Assembly (NCBI RefSeq): GCF_006345805.1
Contig: NC_042998.1
Coordinates: forward strand, 41,230,001 to 41,294,000
Direction: 5' to 3'
DNA from: Octopus sinensis
Lineage: Eukaryota
DNA: 64,000 nucleotides
In this document: positions 1 to 12,720 of the stretch, piece by piece
Layout: the number at the start of each line of letters is the position of its first letter
Position numbering within the stretch: position 1 is the first letter of the stretch
Notes under the pieces: model-generated
Seen by the model: only the letters and a program-made list of their open reading frames with translations
Database searches by the model: none
Told to the model about the DNA's origin: nothing
Translations under genes and position numbers: made by a program

Positions 1-117
1 CTGCCAAATTCACTAAGACTATAATAGAAAGCACTTGCTCAAGGTTTCATGCAGTGGGCCTAAATCTGAAATCTTGCAGTTGCCAAGCAAACATCTTAGC
101 ACCACAGCCAAGCCTTC
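1..117 (-). mobile_element. tRNA-derived SINE head, cut by the window edge
   Basis: The reverse complement resembles the head of the SINE at 38211 (ttgagcaagtgctttctattatag core preceded by a degenerate B-box region). Confidence 0.6.
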
Positions 118-489
118 ACATGCATAAATACATGCTTGTGCAGGTATCTGCATGCTCACACACACACACACTAATACATATATATGTAACATTAAATTTA
201 GATCAAAATAAGACTGAAAAACTAGTTAGAGAGGAAACATTTTAGTAATATTTTAGGTACTAATGATATGGAAATCATATACTACTATAAAACTTAACAA
301 AAAAAACTGAAAATCCTTCTTGAAATGTCTTTTTAAGAAATTCATTAGACTTATTCTTTCTTCTAAAGGAATACAAATATTAAAGGAGTACAAGTGTACT
401 GTACAGTTTCTGTTCTAATGAAATAATTTTGATTTATTCTGCCAGACTTGCTTGAATGTTGGGGAAAATGCCTTGTAATATTCTTTCTG

Positions 490-570
490 GGCTTTTACAT
501 TCCAAGTTCAAATCCTGCTGAAATTAACTTTGTCTTTCATCTTTGAGGCTCAATGGAATAAATACCAGTC
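490..570 (+). mobile_element. Degenerate SINE fragment (62812 family)
   Basis: ttacattccaagttcaaatcctgctgaaattaactttgtctttcatc...aaataccagt matches the copies at 49380 and 62812. Confidence 0.55.
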
Positions 571-1274
571 ATTTATTTTGGTTCATGTAATTGACCATTC
601 CTCTCTTCTCAAAAATAGTTCACTAGTACTGAAAGCTAATTCGTAAATAAAGTTTTAAGCATTTAGCTTTTAAAAAAAAAAAGCAAATCGGAATCTGAAA
701 TGTTTAGTCCTGATGAGATTTCTATTTTGACTTAAAATTAATAAAATTGGTTCATAATATACAAAGACTTAATAGAAAACAAAATTATAGAATATATAGC
801 AATTGAGTAATTATAGTTCTATAAATTTTAGTTCTTAAAATCATTACTTATGTTTTCTGTCTGTCTTTGTAGTTTATTGTAGAAGTTAATAACCAGACAC
901 ATTTATAAACACATTGAAAGATATTTTAATACTTGCAAAGGAATAGTATTTTCTGTGGAAAATAAGTCTCCTCTTCAAAAGTTAGAAAATATAATAGAAA
1001 ACAAGGTTACATATTTTGATAATTTTAACCTGTGTTCACCAGAACAAATGTTGAAATGTTCAACTAACTATTGAGATTTAGAAATACAATATTTTGTATG
1101 TTTTCTCTTCAGTCGAACCTATAATTGCATAAATTTGAAAATTGATCTCCAGGCAAATTTCTGTTTGGATAATTTAGAAATAATTTGAGAAATTTGATTT
1201 GAACAATAATTTATAGCAAAGTATCTTTTGGCTAAAGTAGATTGTAGATTCTTTACTGATGACCAAAATGATTA

Positions 1275-1400
1275 GTTGCAGGCTACATGGTACAATCACA
1301 TGGTTCAAGATTCAAATTTCACTGCACACAGTCGAAGCAAAGGTTTCTTACTATAGCTTTGAGTTGACCAATGTTTTGTGAGTGAAATTTGGTAGATATT
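1275..1400 (+). mobile_element. Degenerate SINE head (38211 family)
   Basis: cttactatagctttgagttgaccaatgttttgtgagtgaaatttggtagat resembles 38300-38350. Confidence 0.5.
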
Positions 1401-1989
1401 AATTGTTTTATTTATTTATTACAATTGCATTGTGAAGAGTTATTTTAACCATTTGAGAATACTGCAATTTGTTACACTTATATTTATTTCTTAATAATAT
1501 TATTGTCTATTACCATTAAGTGTCACAAAATTTCCATTGCACTTCTATAAACAAGTTACTGATACAATTGCACTACAATTGAAGAAAATCAAATACTGAC
1601 CAAATTTTATAAGCCTCTGGAATATTATTTCAATTCTTTAAACATGGGAGTAGCTAATATCTTACATGTCTGTCTAATTACATATGGTCATTTGTGCTTT
1701 TGTGTTTGCCTGTATGTAGTTTTATAATGATGTCACTTAGTTTAATGACAAAAGTATATTATTTTTATCTATTTATCATGATTCAAATTATGTATTAAAT
1801 AAAAAGAGATTCTTTTTACTATAATGCAATTATTAACAATATTAATAAAATTACAATAATGAATCATTTTAAGAACATTTTAAAAGGTAATTTAATTATA
1901 TCTTATATTGTACTCTTAGTTAAACTTTTGTGAGGAGTAAACAAATAAAGCATTTCATCAGAGAGACATATCAACAATTGTCAAGTTGC

Positions 1990-2300
1990 CTAAACTGTAA
2001 TGGGCTTTTTGAGCCAAAGCTGCCGAAGTTGAATGCATAGTAACTGCTGTTCATCATGCTGTGAACACCATTGAAACTGGTGGCTGTTTTAACCATCCCC
2101 AGTCAAAGTAGCTGTGAAAAATTACTAAAAGAATGAACTGATAGATTCACCATTTGTTAATGAAGAACAGGAAAATGACAGCTTTACCTAGAAATCTTGG
2201 TGAAAACTATGCCACTATACGCTTGTAAAGCATTCCACAAGAGTAATGAAAGAACACATCAAAAATAAGAAAATTCCAGTGTTGTTGTGTCTAAATCGTA
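1990..2300 (+). pseudogene. Possible Tc1/mariner transposase N-terminal relic
   Basis: Interrupted translation gives '..TIETGGCFNHPQSK..' and '..RKMTALPRNLGENYATIR..', loosely like the ETGS..DRPRSG / R..AR.LG...TI.R HTH region. Weak. Confidence 0.3.
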
Positions 2301-3175
2301 TTGGAAAACTAATGAAACATTTTCAACTAAGGAAATCAAGTGAATTTATGTTTATGTAACAAAAAAAAATTAAAAGACTAGAAAGAAAAGAAAGAAAAAA
2401 AATTTCTGGTAAATGTGAATTGTGTTTTGTGAAATTTTTTAAGACCTAACTTAATAAATTCATGCTATATGATTTTATTATTTTCAATTTTTAATGCACT
2501 CCTACCATTTTGTATAAATAAATTATATGCTTTGAAAGTTCTTAAAAAACTATAACATAACCATTATAAAGTAGCTTCCCTTGTTTGTGCTATTATGATT
2601 CAGTTTCACATTGAGGCTGTCCATCAGTTTCTAACAAACAATATGTTTTGTTTAATGGTGAATGAAATCTAAGAAAAGTAAACTAGTCTTAACCTATGTC
2701 AATTTATTCACGATTTCACTGTGGAAAGTTCCTCCACCTTGAATGTTTGGGTGTTGACCTGATGATACACTTGTTGCTAAATAGTGGCTACACTGGCAGA
2801 AAATGCTTCAAAATTTTATTGCAACACTACAGGTTGAAGAATAAAATATCAACAAGCTGAATTATTTAATCAATTATATTTATCATCATAGGTATTTGAA
2901 TACATTACTGATGTGACTCTCTCTGACGCTGGTGTAAATGTTTTGCTGGCTGTATATGTCAAACCAAAGAATGTAGTAATGCACAGCATGTTTTGACTAC
3001 TCAATGATAAGAATTTAATGAATCACGAGGCTAGTATTTGCAAATATTAAATTTCATAGCAAAAGATTGTAAGACAGTAACTGCTGAGTAATAACTGGAT
3101 GACTTTAGAAGAGACCCTTTATTAATGACCTTTCTTCTTCACAAATATGACAATGTTTACTTGTTGACCAAAAAT

Positions 3176-3500
3176 CATCATCATCATTGTTTAACATCCG
3201 CTTTCCATGCTGGCATAGGTTGGATGGTTTGACTGAGAACTGGCAAGCTGGGAGGCTGCACCAGGAACCAATCTGATTTGGCAAGGTTTCTACAACTGGA
3301 TGTGCACTTCCTAATGTCAATCACTCCAAGAGTGTACTGGGTGCTTTTACATGCCACTGGCACGGGAGTCAGTCAGGTAGCACTGGCATTGGCCATGCTC
3401 AAATGGTGCTTTTTACATGCCACCAGCACGGCTGCCAGTCAAGTAGCACTGGCATCAGTCGCACTCAAATGGTGCTTTTTACGTGCCACTGGAAATGGTT
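3176..3500 (-). mobile_element. RTE-tail SINE/non-autonomous retroelement with an internal ~66-nt tandem repeat
   Basis: A (cat)n tail is followed by tttaacatccgctttccatgctggcataggttggatgg, homologous to 22513-22700 and to the reverse complement of 34286-34441. Confidence 0.8.
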
Positions 3501-3769
3501 GAAAAACACTCTGCATATTTTGTACATTCTCTTTCAATTAATGTAGATATAGTTGTTCTGGGATGGGGTGGGGGTGGGGAACTCTGCAGGAAAATGCTAC
3601 TCATACACTTCAATCATTCTTCAACATGAAACACTGCAGCAGTGTTTCGTATGTGTGTTAAAGAGATATTTCCAATTAAAATACATTAGTAAGAAGGAAC
3701 ATTACAGCTAATCTCCTCAATCTACACCTTCAAGAATATCCACAATAGTTGCACTTTCTGCTGCTTCAT

Positions 3770-4510
3770 CTCACTATTTGTCATGTGCTGTCGTGGACAG
3801 AGGAATATATGGAAGAAAAGCCAAGGCATTAGTGGTGGACACAGGAAACTCAGAAAGCTTCCTGAACAAGGACCTAGTAAACAGGCACAAATAGAAAGAA
3901 AATCCAACAAATGGTTACTCTCAATAGCTACTACCTCTCTTACATCAAACCAGTGCAGAATTTTCAAATGATTATTATAGTTGTTTCATGTTCTCTATTA
4001 TCTTCAATCTTTATTATGATGTCATCTTGGAACAAAACTTCCTTAAGTACTACTTTTCTGTCAAGATTCCATTTGGTGAGATTAAATCTACTCTGACTGC
4101 CTGAGGGCTTGCTAATGTTTTTTTCCTACCTTCTCTATTTCATAATCTCACAACATAGCTGCAAAACCTAACAACGTTCTCTGAATAACAAAAAATTTAT
4201 AAATTTATAAATTGTTTGCTCAAGGAAGGTGTTATTGAGCCAAGTAAGTTTCTTTGGAGTGTCCAGGTTTTGGTAATAACCATAAGAAATGTATGGTCAT
4301 CAATTATTCACTGACAAAAAATTGCTGTATGTTACTAGATACCTGCCCTCTATCAAACATTGAGGAGATAACCAGGGAAGTGACTCTAGATAATGTCTTC
4401 AGTACACTGGACCTACAAAGTGTTTACCACCAAGTGGAGATGAAAAAAGACAAACCTTATGCTGTATTTAAGGCTTGTCATCAATTATACCAGTTTAGAT
4501 GGATATTTGT
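3770..4510 (+). mobile_element. Gypsy/Ty3 LTR-retrotransposon pol relic (aspartic protease plus RT N-terminus)
   Basis: The protease frame reads KALVVDTGNSESFLN (DTG at 3838-3846) ... DVILEQNFLK (cf. DVILGxDFL). RT then follows from ~4213: LLKEGVIEPS..W..QV.., NHKKCMVINYS, LDTCPLSNIEE, FSTLDLQSVYHQVEMK.DKPYAVF....LYQFR. Stops and frameshifts are present. Confidence 0.85.
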
Positions 4511-7500
4511 GTGTGTGTACATAAAAAGAACTTCCATAATATAAAATAAATTCAGAGTAATTTTGTTTTCAGTTTTTTTTACTAACATTTTTAGTATATA
4601 CTAAGAAATAAAGTGAAAATGTATTTTCTCCAATAATGTGTATACCAAGTTATTTACACTATATGCATAAGTCCTAATGTATGTATATGTGTATGTATTC
4701 ATCTGTTTTTCCATTCAATATAATTCCTTCCATGACTACTCTGCCATTTACTTCTCCATCTCTATTACTCTTCCTCTCTCTCTCTCTGTATATGTGGCTA
4801 GTGTTCCTTTACTCATTACCTGCCACCAAGCTTTGTATGTGCACCTCTTGTGTTTACTCTCCCCACTCCTACTACACTATATAAAGCATGACTGAAGAAT
4901 TCACCCAACCAATCAGCTTTTACATTGGCTGTTATTAAATGTTTTAAGTGGCAGTTGCAACCAATTACAGAATAATGATTCAGGTGTTCATCTTAAAATC
5001 ATTGTATTACAAACCCTTTTAGACTATCTCAGTAAAGCTAAATAAATAAATCTGTAGTTAACACTCTTAAAGTGGTACTTCTTTTTATCTTTTGGAACAT
5101 GATGTAATTTTTTCCTTGAGTATAGAATATAATAGACATGTTATTGTTTTTATGATTTCAAGTTATAATCTTATAGGATTTTCTGCTTTAAGGATTTTTT
5201 TTATTTTGATTCCATGAACAAACCCTTGTTCTTTTTATATGTAGTTCAAAATTTGATATCATGTCCAAAAGCTTTCTTACCTTCATTTTTTTTAATGAGT
5301 ATCAAAATGGAAAAGTTGTCATCTTAGTTATTCCATGGTAGCTACCAAACATTATTTTACTTCTTATCACTTGACCAATTGTACATTTAAAATTATTTTA
5401 TTCATACTCCTCAACCTATAAATAAGTAAAGCTTTAAAGGTAAAAAAAAAAAAGGAAAAAGTTCATGATATATGGAACATAAAAATCTAAAGGGTTTAAT
5501 TGAAGCAAAGTTTGTAATATCAACATTATTTTGTTAAACATAATATAGAATATAACAATATTTCAAATTTTAATACATTTCCATATATAGCTTAATTCAA
5601 TTTACTCATATTTTAGTTTTCTCTCTATTCTCTTTTTTATTATTAGACACCAAAATTATCAATCTTAGAAATTGCTTTAGAAATTGTTACCATTTAGCTA
5701 TACCAGCAAAACATTACACCATACTCCAGTTTCCTTTTGTTATAGTCTTATTTCACCTATGGCATAAATATTAAAATATTAAGTCATTTCTCAGATAACA
5801 TTCCTCAATTGTCCTTGTTTAACAAGGCAATTATTTTAAACATTCTGAGATACGTTGCTTCAGCTTTAACATAAACTTTCTATTATTATATATTGGGTTT
5901 GAAATCAGTTGTATTGAGAATGAAGTATCTGCATTTTGCAACTTGTGCTTCTAACCAATTATTACTGTCCAAGTTGGGTTTAGTTGCATAGAGAGGAAGC
6001 AAATTATTTTTGATTTAAGTAAACATTGTGAAAGAAAGGTCTTTGTTGTTTGTGTCTGAAGTAGATCAAGACTTTCTAAAATCTATTGGCAGAACTTTCG
6101 ATATTTTTGGACCATTATTTTCCATGCAGTTTTTCCTATAACCATTGCTCACAATCAATTTTTACTAGAAAATCATTATTCAATTATCTCCTTGTTTGTC
6201 TGATATAAAAGAACTGAAATCATTGAATTCTTTTTATAGATGACGATTAAGTCTCTGAAATGCATGCACTTCTTTTATAGGTTTCCCACTTAGAACAAAC
6301 TTATGACATCATTAGATACTTTTATTGGACTACATTTTACATTAAAAGATTAATCTATATTTTTTCAACACTTAAGATATTTAAAAGTTATCTTAACAGG
6401 TTATCTAATTATTGCAACTTCTAGTACTTTTTCAGTTGAACTAAGTATTATTTTCATATACTTTCATATCCATCTATTTCATCATATCTAACATTTATTT
6501 AAGTTTCTGTAGGTTAAGACCAATCCGTTACTTGCCATACTGTTTTGATCAACTGTATTTCTTATAGATTTATAAACTGGTCAAGTCTAAAATGTTGATT
6601 GAACTAAGTGACTTCACTAACAAGAACTCCACAAGGGTTTTCATTTCAAATTTTTTCGTTTTCATGCTTCCCGTATTCTTTTATTATTTGGTATAATAAG
6701 AAAATATCTATACTAAAAGTATATTTCATTATAATCCTTGGGGAAATTTTAAAGCTTTTACTACCATTGTAACAATGGATTTGTCTTGTCATACATAAAA
6801 TTGAGATCATAATTATTCCTTGGTCGAGCCACCACTAATTAACTATAAAGCTGTTACTTTAATTCTTACCTTGTGGTACAAAGCATGTGATATCAGGATA
6901 AATAGTTATGCGACCAATTGTTTTTCCTTTCTTTTCAGTGTGCCAATCAAATATCTGATTCCCCCCCCTCTTTTGATGATTACTTGAAAACTATAATTAA
7001 CTATAATCCAATTGTATAGGAGTCCAAATTTGGTTTGGGAATTTACTAATACAGATAACCTTGTTACAACTAAACTCCCAAATTCTATTGAATCATTTGC
7101 AATTACTACATTCAATTTTAATCGAACTGGAAAAAAACAAAAAAGAATAAATTGTGCAACAAAATATGCTAGAAAATTAATGGAAATATATCTAAAACAA
7201 ATGCGTTTCAGTTTTAGTGACAATATATTTGTATGTAGGTGGAATTTTGGAGAAAATCCTTTTAAGCAGGATATTTACACATGATCTGGTTTTGTTCTAC
7301 AACAACACCCTATTAATTATGTCCACTCCTACACTCATGACACAGCTCTTCTTTCTTCATTAACCTTCTGCTCCCTAGTATCTCTCATATGCAGCCTCGT
7401 CAAGTCACACCAGTGGTTTCCATGAATGGAATTATGCCTACTCTTGCACACATGGCATGACTCTTCTTTCCTCATTAACCTTCTCCCTAATATCTCCCAT

Positions 7501-7559
7501 ATGCAACCGAGTCATGTCACACCATGGTTTCCATGAATAGATATTTTGAAAATATCCAA

Positions 7560-8000
7560 TTCAGTCAGCCAACCCAATCTTCTTCAACAGTGCAAAATAC
7601 AATCACTACACAAGTAAAATTATCATAGACCTCATTGTAACCGGAAATCTCTCTTAGCAAAGACTACTTTGCAAAGACTGTCTTTCCTCGTCAGAACCAG
7701 AAACTATTTCAGCCCTCAACAAAGCTCATGTGAGTATTGCTTCCTATATCTGCAATAGTGCTGTTACTACAAACTCAGACTGTATTCAAATAAAAGTCAC
7801 TCGACTTATTGGTGTTGAATTACAAACACTAGAACGTCTGGCCCACAGAAATGATAGCTCCTCTAACTTGCTTTTCTACTGCTACTACAATGGCCTCTCT
7901 CTTTGAACAGGCTGGTCTCATGTCATCCACATTGTATCCACCTTCCACCCCTAGGTACTGCATGAACCATTATTTCCTATCTTTTCTTCATTAAGTCAGC
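7560..8000 (+). mobile_element. CR1/L2-like LINE RT C-terminal relic
   Basis: FLVRTRNYFSPQ.. and RLIGVELQTLERLAHR....LLFYCYYNGL are homologous to the relics at 37480 and 39990. Confidence 0.65.
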
Positions 8001-8803
8001 ACACTTGAATTCCTTCTCTGCATGTTTTTCCTACAGTCTCCAACTTGCAAATATCCAAGAGGCACATTAGCCGCATCAATCTCATCAGTCACACAGGGTC
8101 TACAAAACCCATTGACAAAACTCCTCTCAGCCAATTCACTAGCATATTAAAAAATAATAAAATACATCTTAAATTTTTTTTGTTATTTGAATGCCCAATA
8201 CCCATGCTTTTTAAAGGCTGGAATCTCATAAATCAACTGTAACCTCTTAGAAAATGTTATCTTTTGCCTCCCTAACTTAGAAGTGATTATCATTTCAAGT
8301 AAGCATTGTTATTATTAAATAAACAACTCACAAAAAAGTTTCTTTAAGTTGGCTTTATAGTACACATTTCTAAATGTAAACCTCACCACTATTTTTTTCT
8401 TAGTAGTCAGTTTATATTTCTGAAACTTAATTCAATAGCTAATTAGATTGTCAGGCAAACATTATAAATAATAAAATGATTTTCAAATTACAATTTAAAC
8501 ATCCAGCAGCATTTACTTCAGTTTTAATACTCTTGCACAGTCTATGGTCTAATTAAGACAAATCTAACAATTTGAAGTTCATCAATGAAACTTTAGTCCC
8601 AGGAGAGATTTTTTTGTTTTTGTTTTATTTTATTCTTGTAAGAAGATTTTGTTAAATTCCTATCTTAGCTACCAAATTAGATTAATCCTGGAATGAATAT
8701 GCACATCTGTGTGCATGAATAGTGTGTTTGAGCATAAGTATTTGGTTTATAAATGTATGTCTTTATGTATACATAACAGAATGAGTGCAAGAAACATTGT
8801 GTA

Positions 8804-8845
<42 letters not shown>
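8804..8845. repeat. (GT)n(GA)n compound microsatellite
   Basis: Directly visible. Confidence 0.95.
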
Positions 8846-9240
8846 CTAGCAAGAAAAGAGTACTGTGTAAAATATGCATATTCTTGTCTATTTTTTGCTT
8901 TTAGTCTTTAAACAATATATCTATATACTTTCCAAAAGCTGGAAAATAACATTGAGATGATTTTTTTTTCTATTTGGAATTGCATCGTCTAATTATTGTT
9001 GTTTTCCCCTCTTCCATAAAACAGGTGAAAACTGTTTTAATTTGTTTTCCACAACACTAATAATGTTATGGATCATCAATATTATCACTTGCCATTTTCT
9101 GGTATTGCTTTTCTTATCACTTGCTATTTCTACACAACTCAATAGTTAATTGTTGTAAAATGTTTGCTGTATTTACATTTTATACCTCACTTTAAAATAA
9201 CTTCCTTGTAATGATAATTTCTGCCCTCCTTCACTGTGCT

Positions 9241-9320
9241 CTATCTTTCTCTCACATTATGATCTCTCTCTCTCTCTTCCTCTTTATCTCTCTCTCTCTC
9301 TTCCTATCTTCCTCTCTCTC
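9241..9320. repeat. CT-rich low-complexity tract
   Basis: Directly visible. Confidence 0.9.
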
Positions 9321-9495
9321 TACTGTTGTCAGCTGCTAGAAGTTGTAAAAACATGAGTCTATGTAAGATGGTGAATGATGAAGAAAGTTCTGAAGGTGTG
9401 TTGTTCAGCTGTTTGTGTGCAGTATCAGGTATCTGGATGGTGGCAGGAAGAGTTTAGTAACAGTTGCAGTTTTCTTTGAAGGAGGGCCCACTCAA

Positions 9496-9500
<5 letters not shown>

Positions 9501-9528
<28 letters not shown>
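9501..9528. repeat. (GA)n microsatellite
   Basis: Directly visible. Confidence 0.95.
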
Positions 9529-9532
<4 letters not shown>

Positions 9533-12116
9533 TGCTGGCACACTACTAGCTTTCGTTGAAGTTTGGGGAAAGTTGGGTAATACAGTTGGTGGGTGGGGGT
9601 TAGCTTGCTACTTATGTCATTATCAGCTTTCTACTTTATACCTCTCCAACCAAAGATCTACCTCTGTCTGCAATAGTCATGTGTAGCTGTCAACATGGCG
9701 TTGTGTTTTACCTGCTGTAAGATATGTCCAACCATCTAAACAGATGGTACATTATGGAAATTATTATGGATTATGGAATAATTGTCCACTTCAATAGCCT
9801 TGCTGCATCTCATCATCCTTGTCTGCTATTACACTCAACGAAAATGCTTATTTTAAATAGCTTCTTAAAAATAATGTGAATGTATGACAGCAACTCAAAA
9901 GTATTTCTAAGCTTTGCTTGTCCACTGTTTATATTATTGTCATCACTTTGTACATTTCTTGCTAAAGCTTTGCTTTCTATTTGAAGAAAAACATTCACCT
10001 TAAAACAGTACACTGTGCTATCATCAGTGACACTTTTGATCTGCTAAAGTTTCCTTAAAAAATATAAACCAAACTTTTTCTCATGGATCTACTGTATGTC
10101 ATTTCATCACAAGCACAAAGTTTATTCATCTAATGAAGATAACTAAGAGTCAAGAATTTCTTTGGATATACACAGGCTTTGAGAAATCTATTCTTTCGTA
10201 TATCACCTGTCATCATTTAACTCAAAGAACTTTCGGGATCTTTTTCAAAGAGGATAATTCTTCAAAAATATTTTCGTAACTTAAAAAGTTATCTTCTTCC
10301 TGCACTTAAAATGGAATGTCATTATTCTGATTGCTTTAATTGTAGAAATCCTTCCATTTTAATTAAGATTTACTCAAGTTTTTGTTTTTGAATAGCCAGT
10401 TACTGTTGTCAGACTGTATCTTTGGTTCAGCGTTATGTTATTGAGGTTACCTTTTTTACTTGTTGCTACAGTCCAGTGATTTTTCTGTTTCGAAAGAAGA
10501 ATTTGACCATACAATATGTTTTCCACAAGATGCTACTGTATTTTCTTTGCACATTTGAATGGAACCAGTAAACTCTGCTGGATTAACTTTCTACAACCAC
10601 CAAACCAACTTCCTTACTTAACAAGTCTGAAAACTTAAAACTTTTGGATGTTCCCAATTATTGAAACTTCTGCAGCAGTGTTAGTGTTCCTCTCTGTCAT
10701 GGCTGATGATTTGGTGACACTGGTGGCAGCCCTCACTGTCCTCATATCCCTAGCCATCCTCTGCTTCATTGCTGCAGCACTTGTTTTTGGCATGTGGCTG
10801 CTGAAAAATGTAAATAATTTTTGACTATCATTTCTTTTAAAATATTTCACAAGTTTAATTTCTATTCTCTAAAGAAAAGAGCATAAATTGTATTAATTTT
10901 TTTTTTTAAACTAAATTAAAAGAGTTTTATATTTACTTATAATTATCAAATAGCTAATGTTAAATGGTCATTATAATTTACTTCTTACAGAATATATAAT
11001 TTCTTAAAGCAAAAGATTGGAATTCTCCAGTTACTGTAACAATTAGTTTTCAATTTCTGAAATCGAAATATTAAGCTTTTATGATTACTTTAATTGTTTT
11101 GATTTCCTAACTAAATTTACTACTTAATTTTAACTTGATTCAGATATTATTAAAATATATATTTCCTGTTTCTTTCTTATTGAAATTATCTATTTTCAAA
11201 AGTAACATTCTAATTTCCAATATTTTCTCGAATTTTCACTTTTTTCATAACTTTGTTTATTCTTCTGACTTTACCAAACTTCATCAAGAAAACAATAGAA
11301 AAATGTTTTGAAATGGTGAAATGCATTTGTTTTATTTAGTTTTTAAATATCAAATTATTTTGTTAAATGGGAAATTATGAATCTACTTCCTTTCTTTGAT
11401 ATTGTAGCTATTACATTGTTAATAATGCAAGCTGAAAGTTAATTTTAAGAGTAATATTCCTAGAAATAGATTTATTTCTATATACAAACAGAGATTTTCT
11501 TTCATCTGTTGTCTCATTTATTATATGAACACACATAAAACACATACATACACACTTATTACCTAAATATACAATTATAGATGTGTGTTATAAATGTGTT
11601 TGAACATATATTACTGTAAAATAATATTCATTGTCTGTTTCTCTTCCAAATCCTACCTGTTATACAATGTTGTTAAATTGTCATTAAAATTTAAATGCTT
11701 AGATCAGAACTATTTATCATCTGTTTTTATCATTTGTTATCTTAAGATATAAATTAAGTGCTAAAAACAATATTCTAAAGTATTGATATAAGGAATGAGT
11801 TACAATGGTGTGTGTGTGTATATGCATATGCATGTGTGTGTATATGCACATGCATGTGTGTGTTTATATAATGTTGTAAACACACACATAAAGTATACCC
11901 AGCCTACTCAGCTAGTATTGTTAATTAATATGGTGTATACTTTGTCATAAGGTTATACATATACATACAATATATTCACATGATCCAAATAGAATTAATA
12001 ATTTTACTTTAAGATTATATCATCATATTGTTTTCCTTGATGTAAATAAAAACAACTTGTCAGTGGATCATCCATTTAAGTTAGAATAAATTTTCCCTTT
12101 CTTTATTAGTGATAGC

Positions 12117-12360
12117 CCATGTAGGTGCCACATAAAAAGCATCCATGCTGGTACCATGTAAAAAGCTCCCATGCTGGTGCCTCATGAAAAGCATCCAGTA
12201 CACTCTGTTGAGTGGCTGGCGTTAGGAAGGGTATTTCACCATAGAAATCATGACAAAACAGACAATTGGAGCCTGGTGCAGCTCTCCAGCGTGCCAACTC
12301 CTGTCAAACCATCTGACCTATGTGAACATGGAAAAGAGACATTAAATAATGGTGATGATA
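12117..12360 (+). mobile_element. RTE-tail SINE copy with an internal 26-nt tandem repeat
   Basis: gagtggctggcgttaggaagggtatt...catggaaaagagacattaaataatggtgatgat is homologous to 34286-34441. Confidence 0.75.
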
Positions 12361-12479
12361 ATACAAACAATTCAGAATACACACCAAGAGCTCACTTAAT
12401 CATTCATCCTACTAGGCTCAATAAAACATTAAAAATAATGAGAATGAGTTTATCGCATACAGTGCTCAAAAAACAGCAG

Positions 12480-12720
12480 TAAGCCAAGGAAAGAAAAAGA
12501 GCAATTACACCCAAAAGTGCATGCATTAGCATGCAGGATAAAAAGGCGTAAATTAAAGGAAACAGTAAAAGAGCTATATAAAGGTTCACAGACACATCAG
12601 GAGTAGTGTTGGCAAATTTTGGAAAGCATGGAACTTTTAAGGAATGCAGTGTCCTGACAGTTAAGTGATGAGGGTTGTTCCATGCTTTGATAGTTCTGTA
12701 ATTATGAGTATGAAATACTT
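12480..12720 (-). mobile_element. CR1/L2-like LINE 3' end relic
   Basis: The minus strand reads ..YRTIKAWNNP.., cf. the conserved RT(V/I)K.WN.LP motif at LINE ORF2 ends. Confidence 0.4.
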
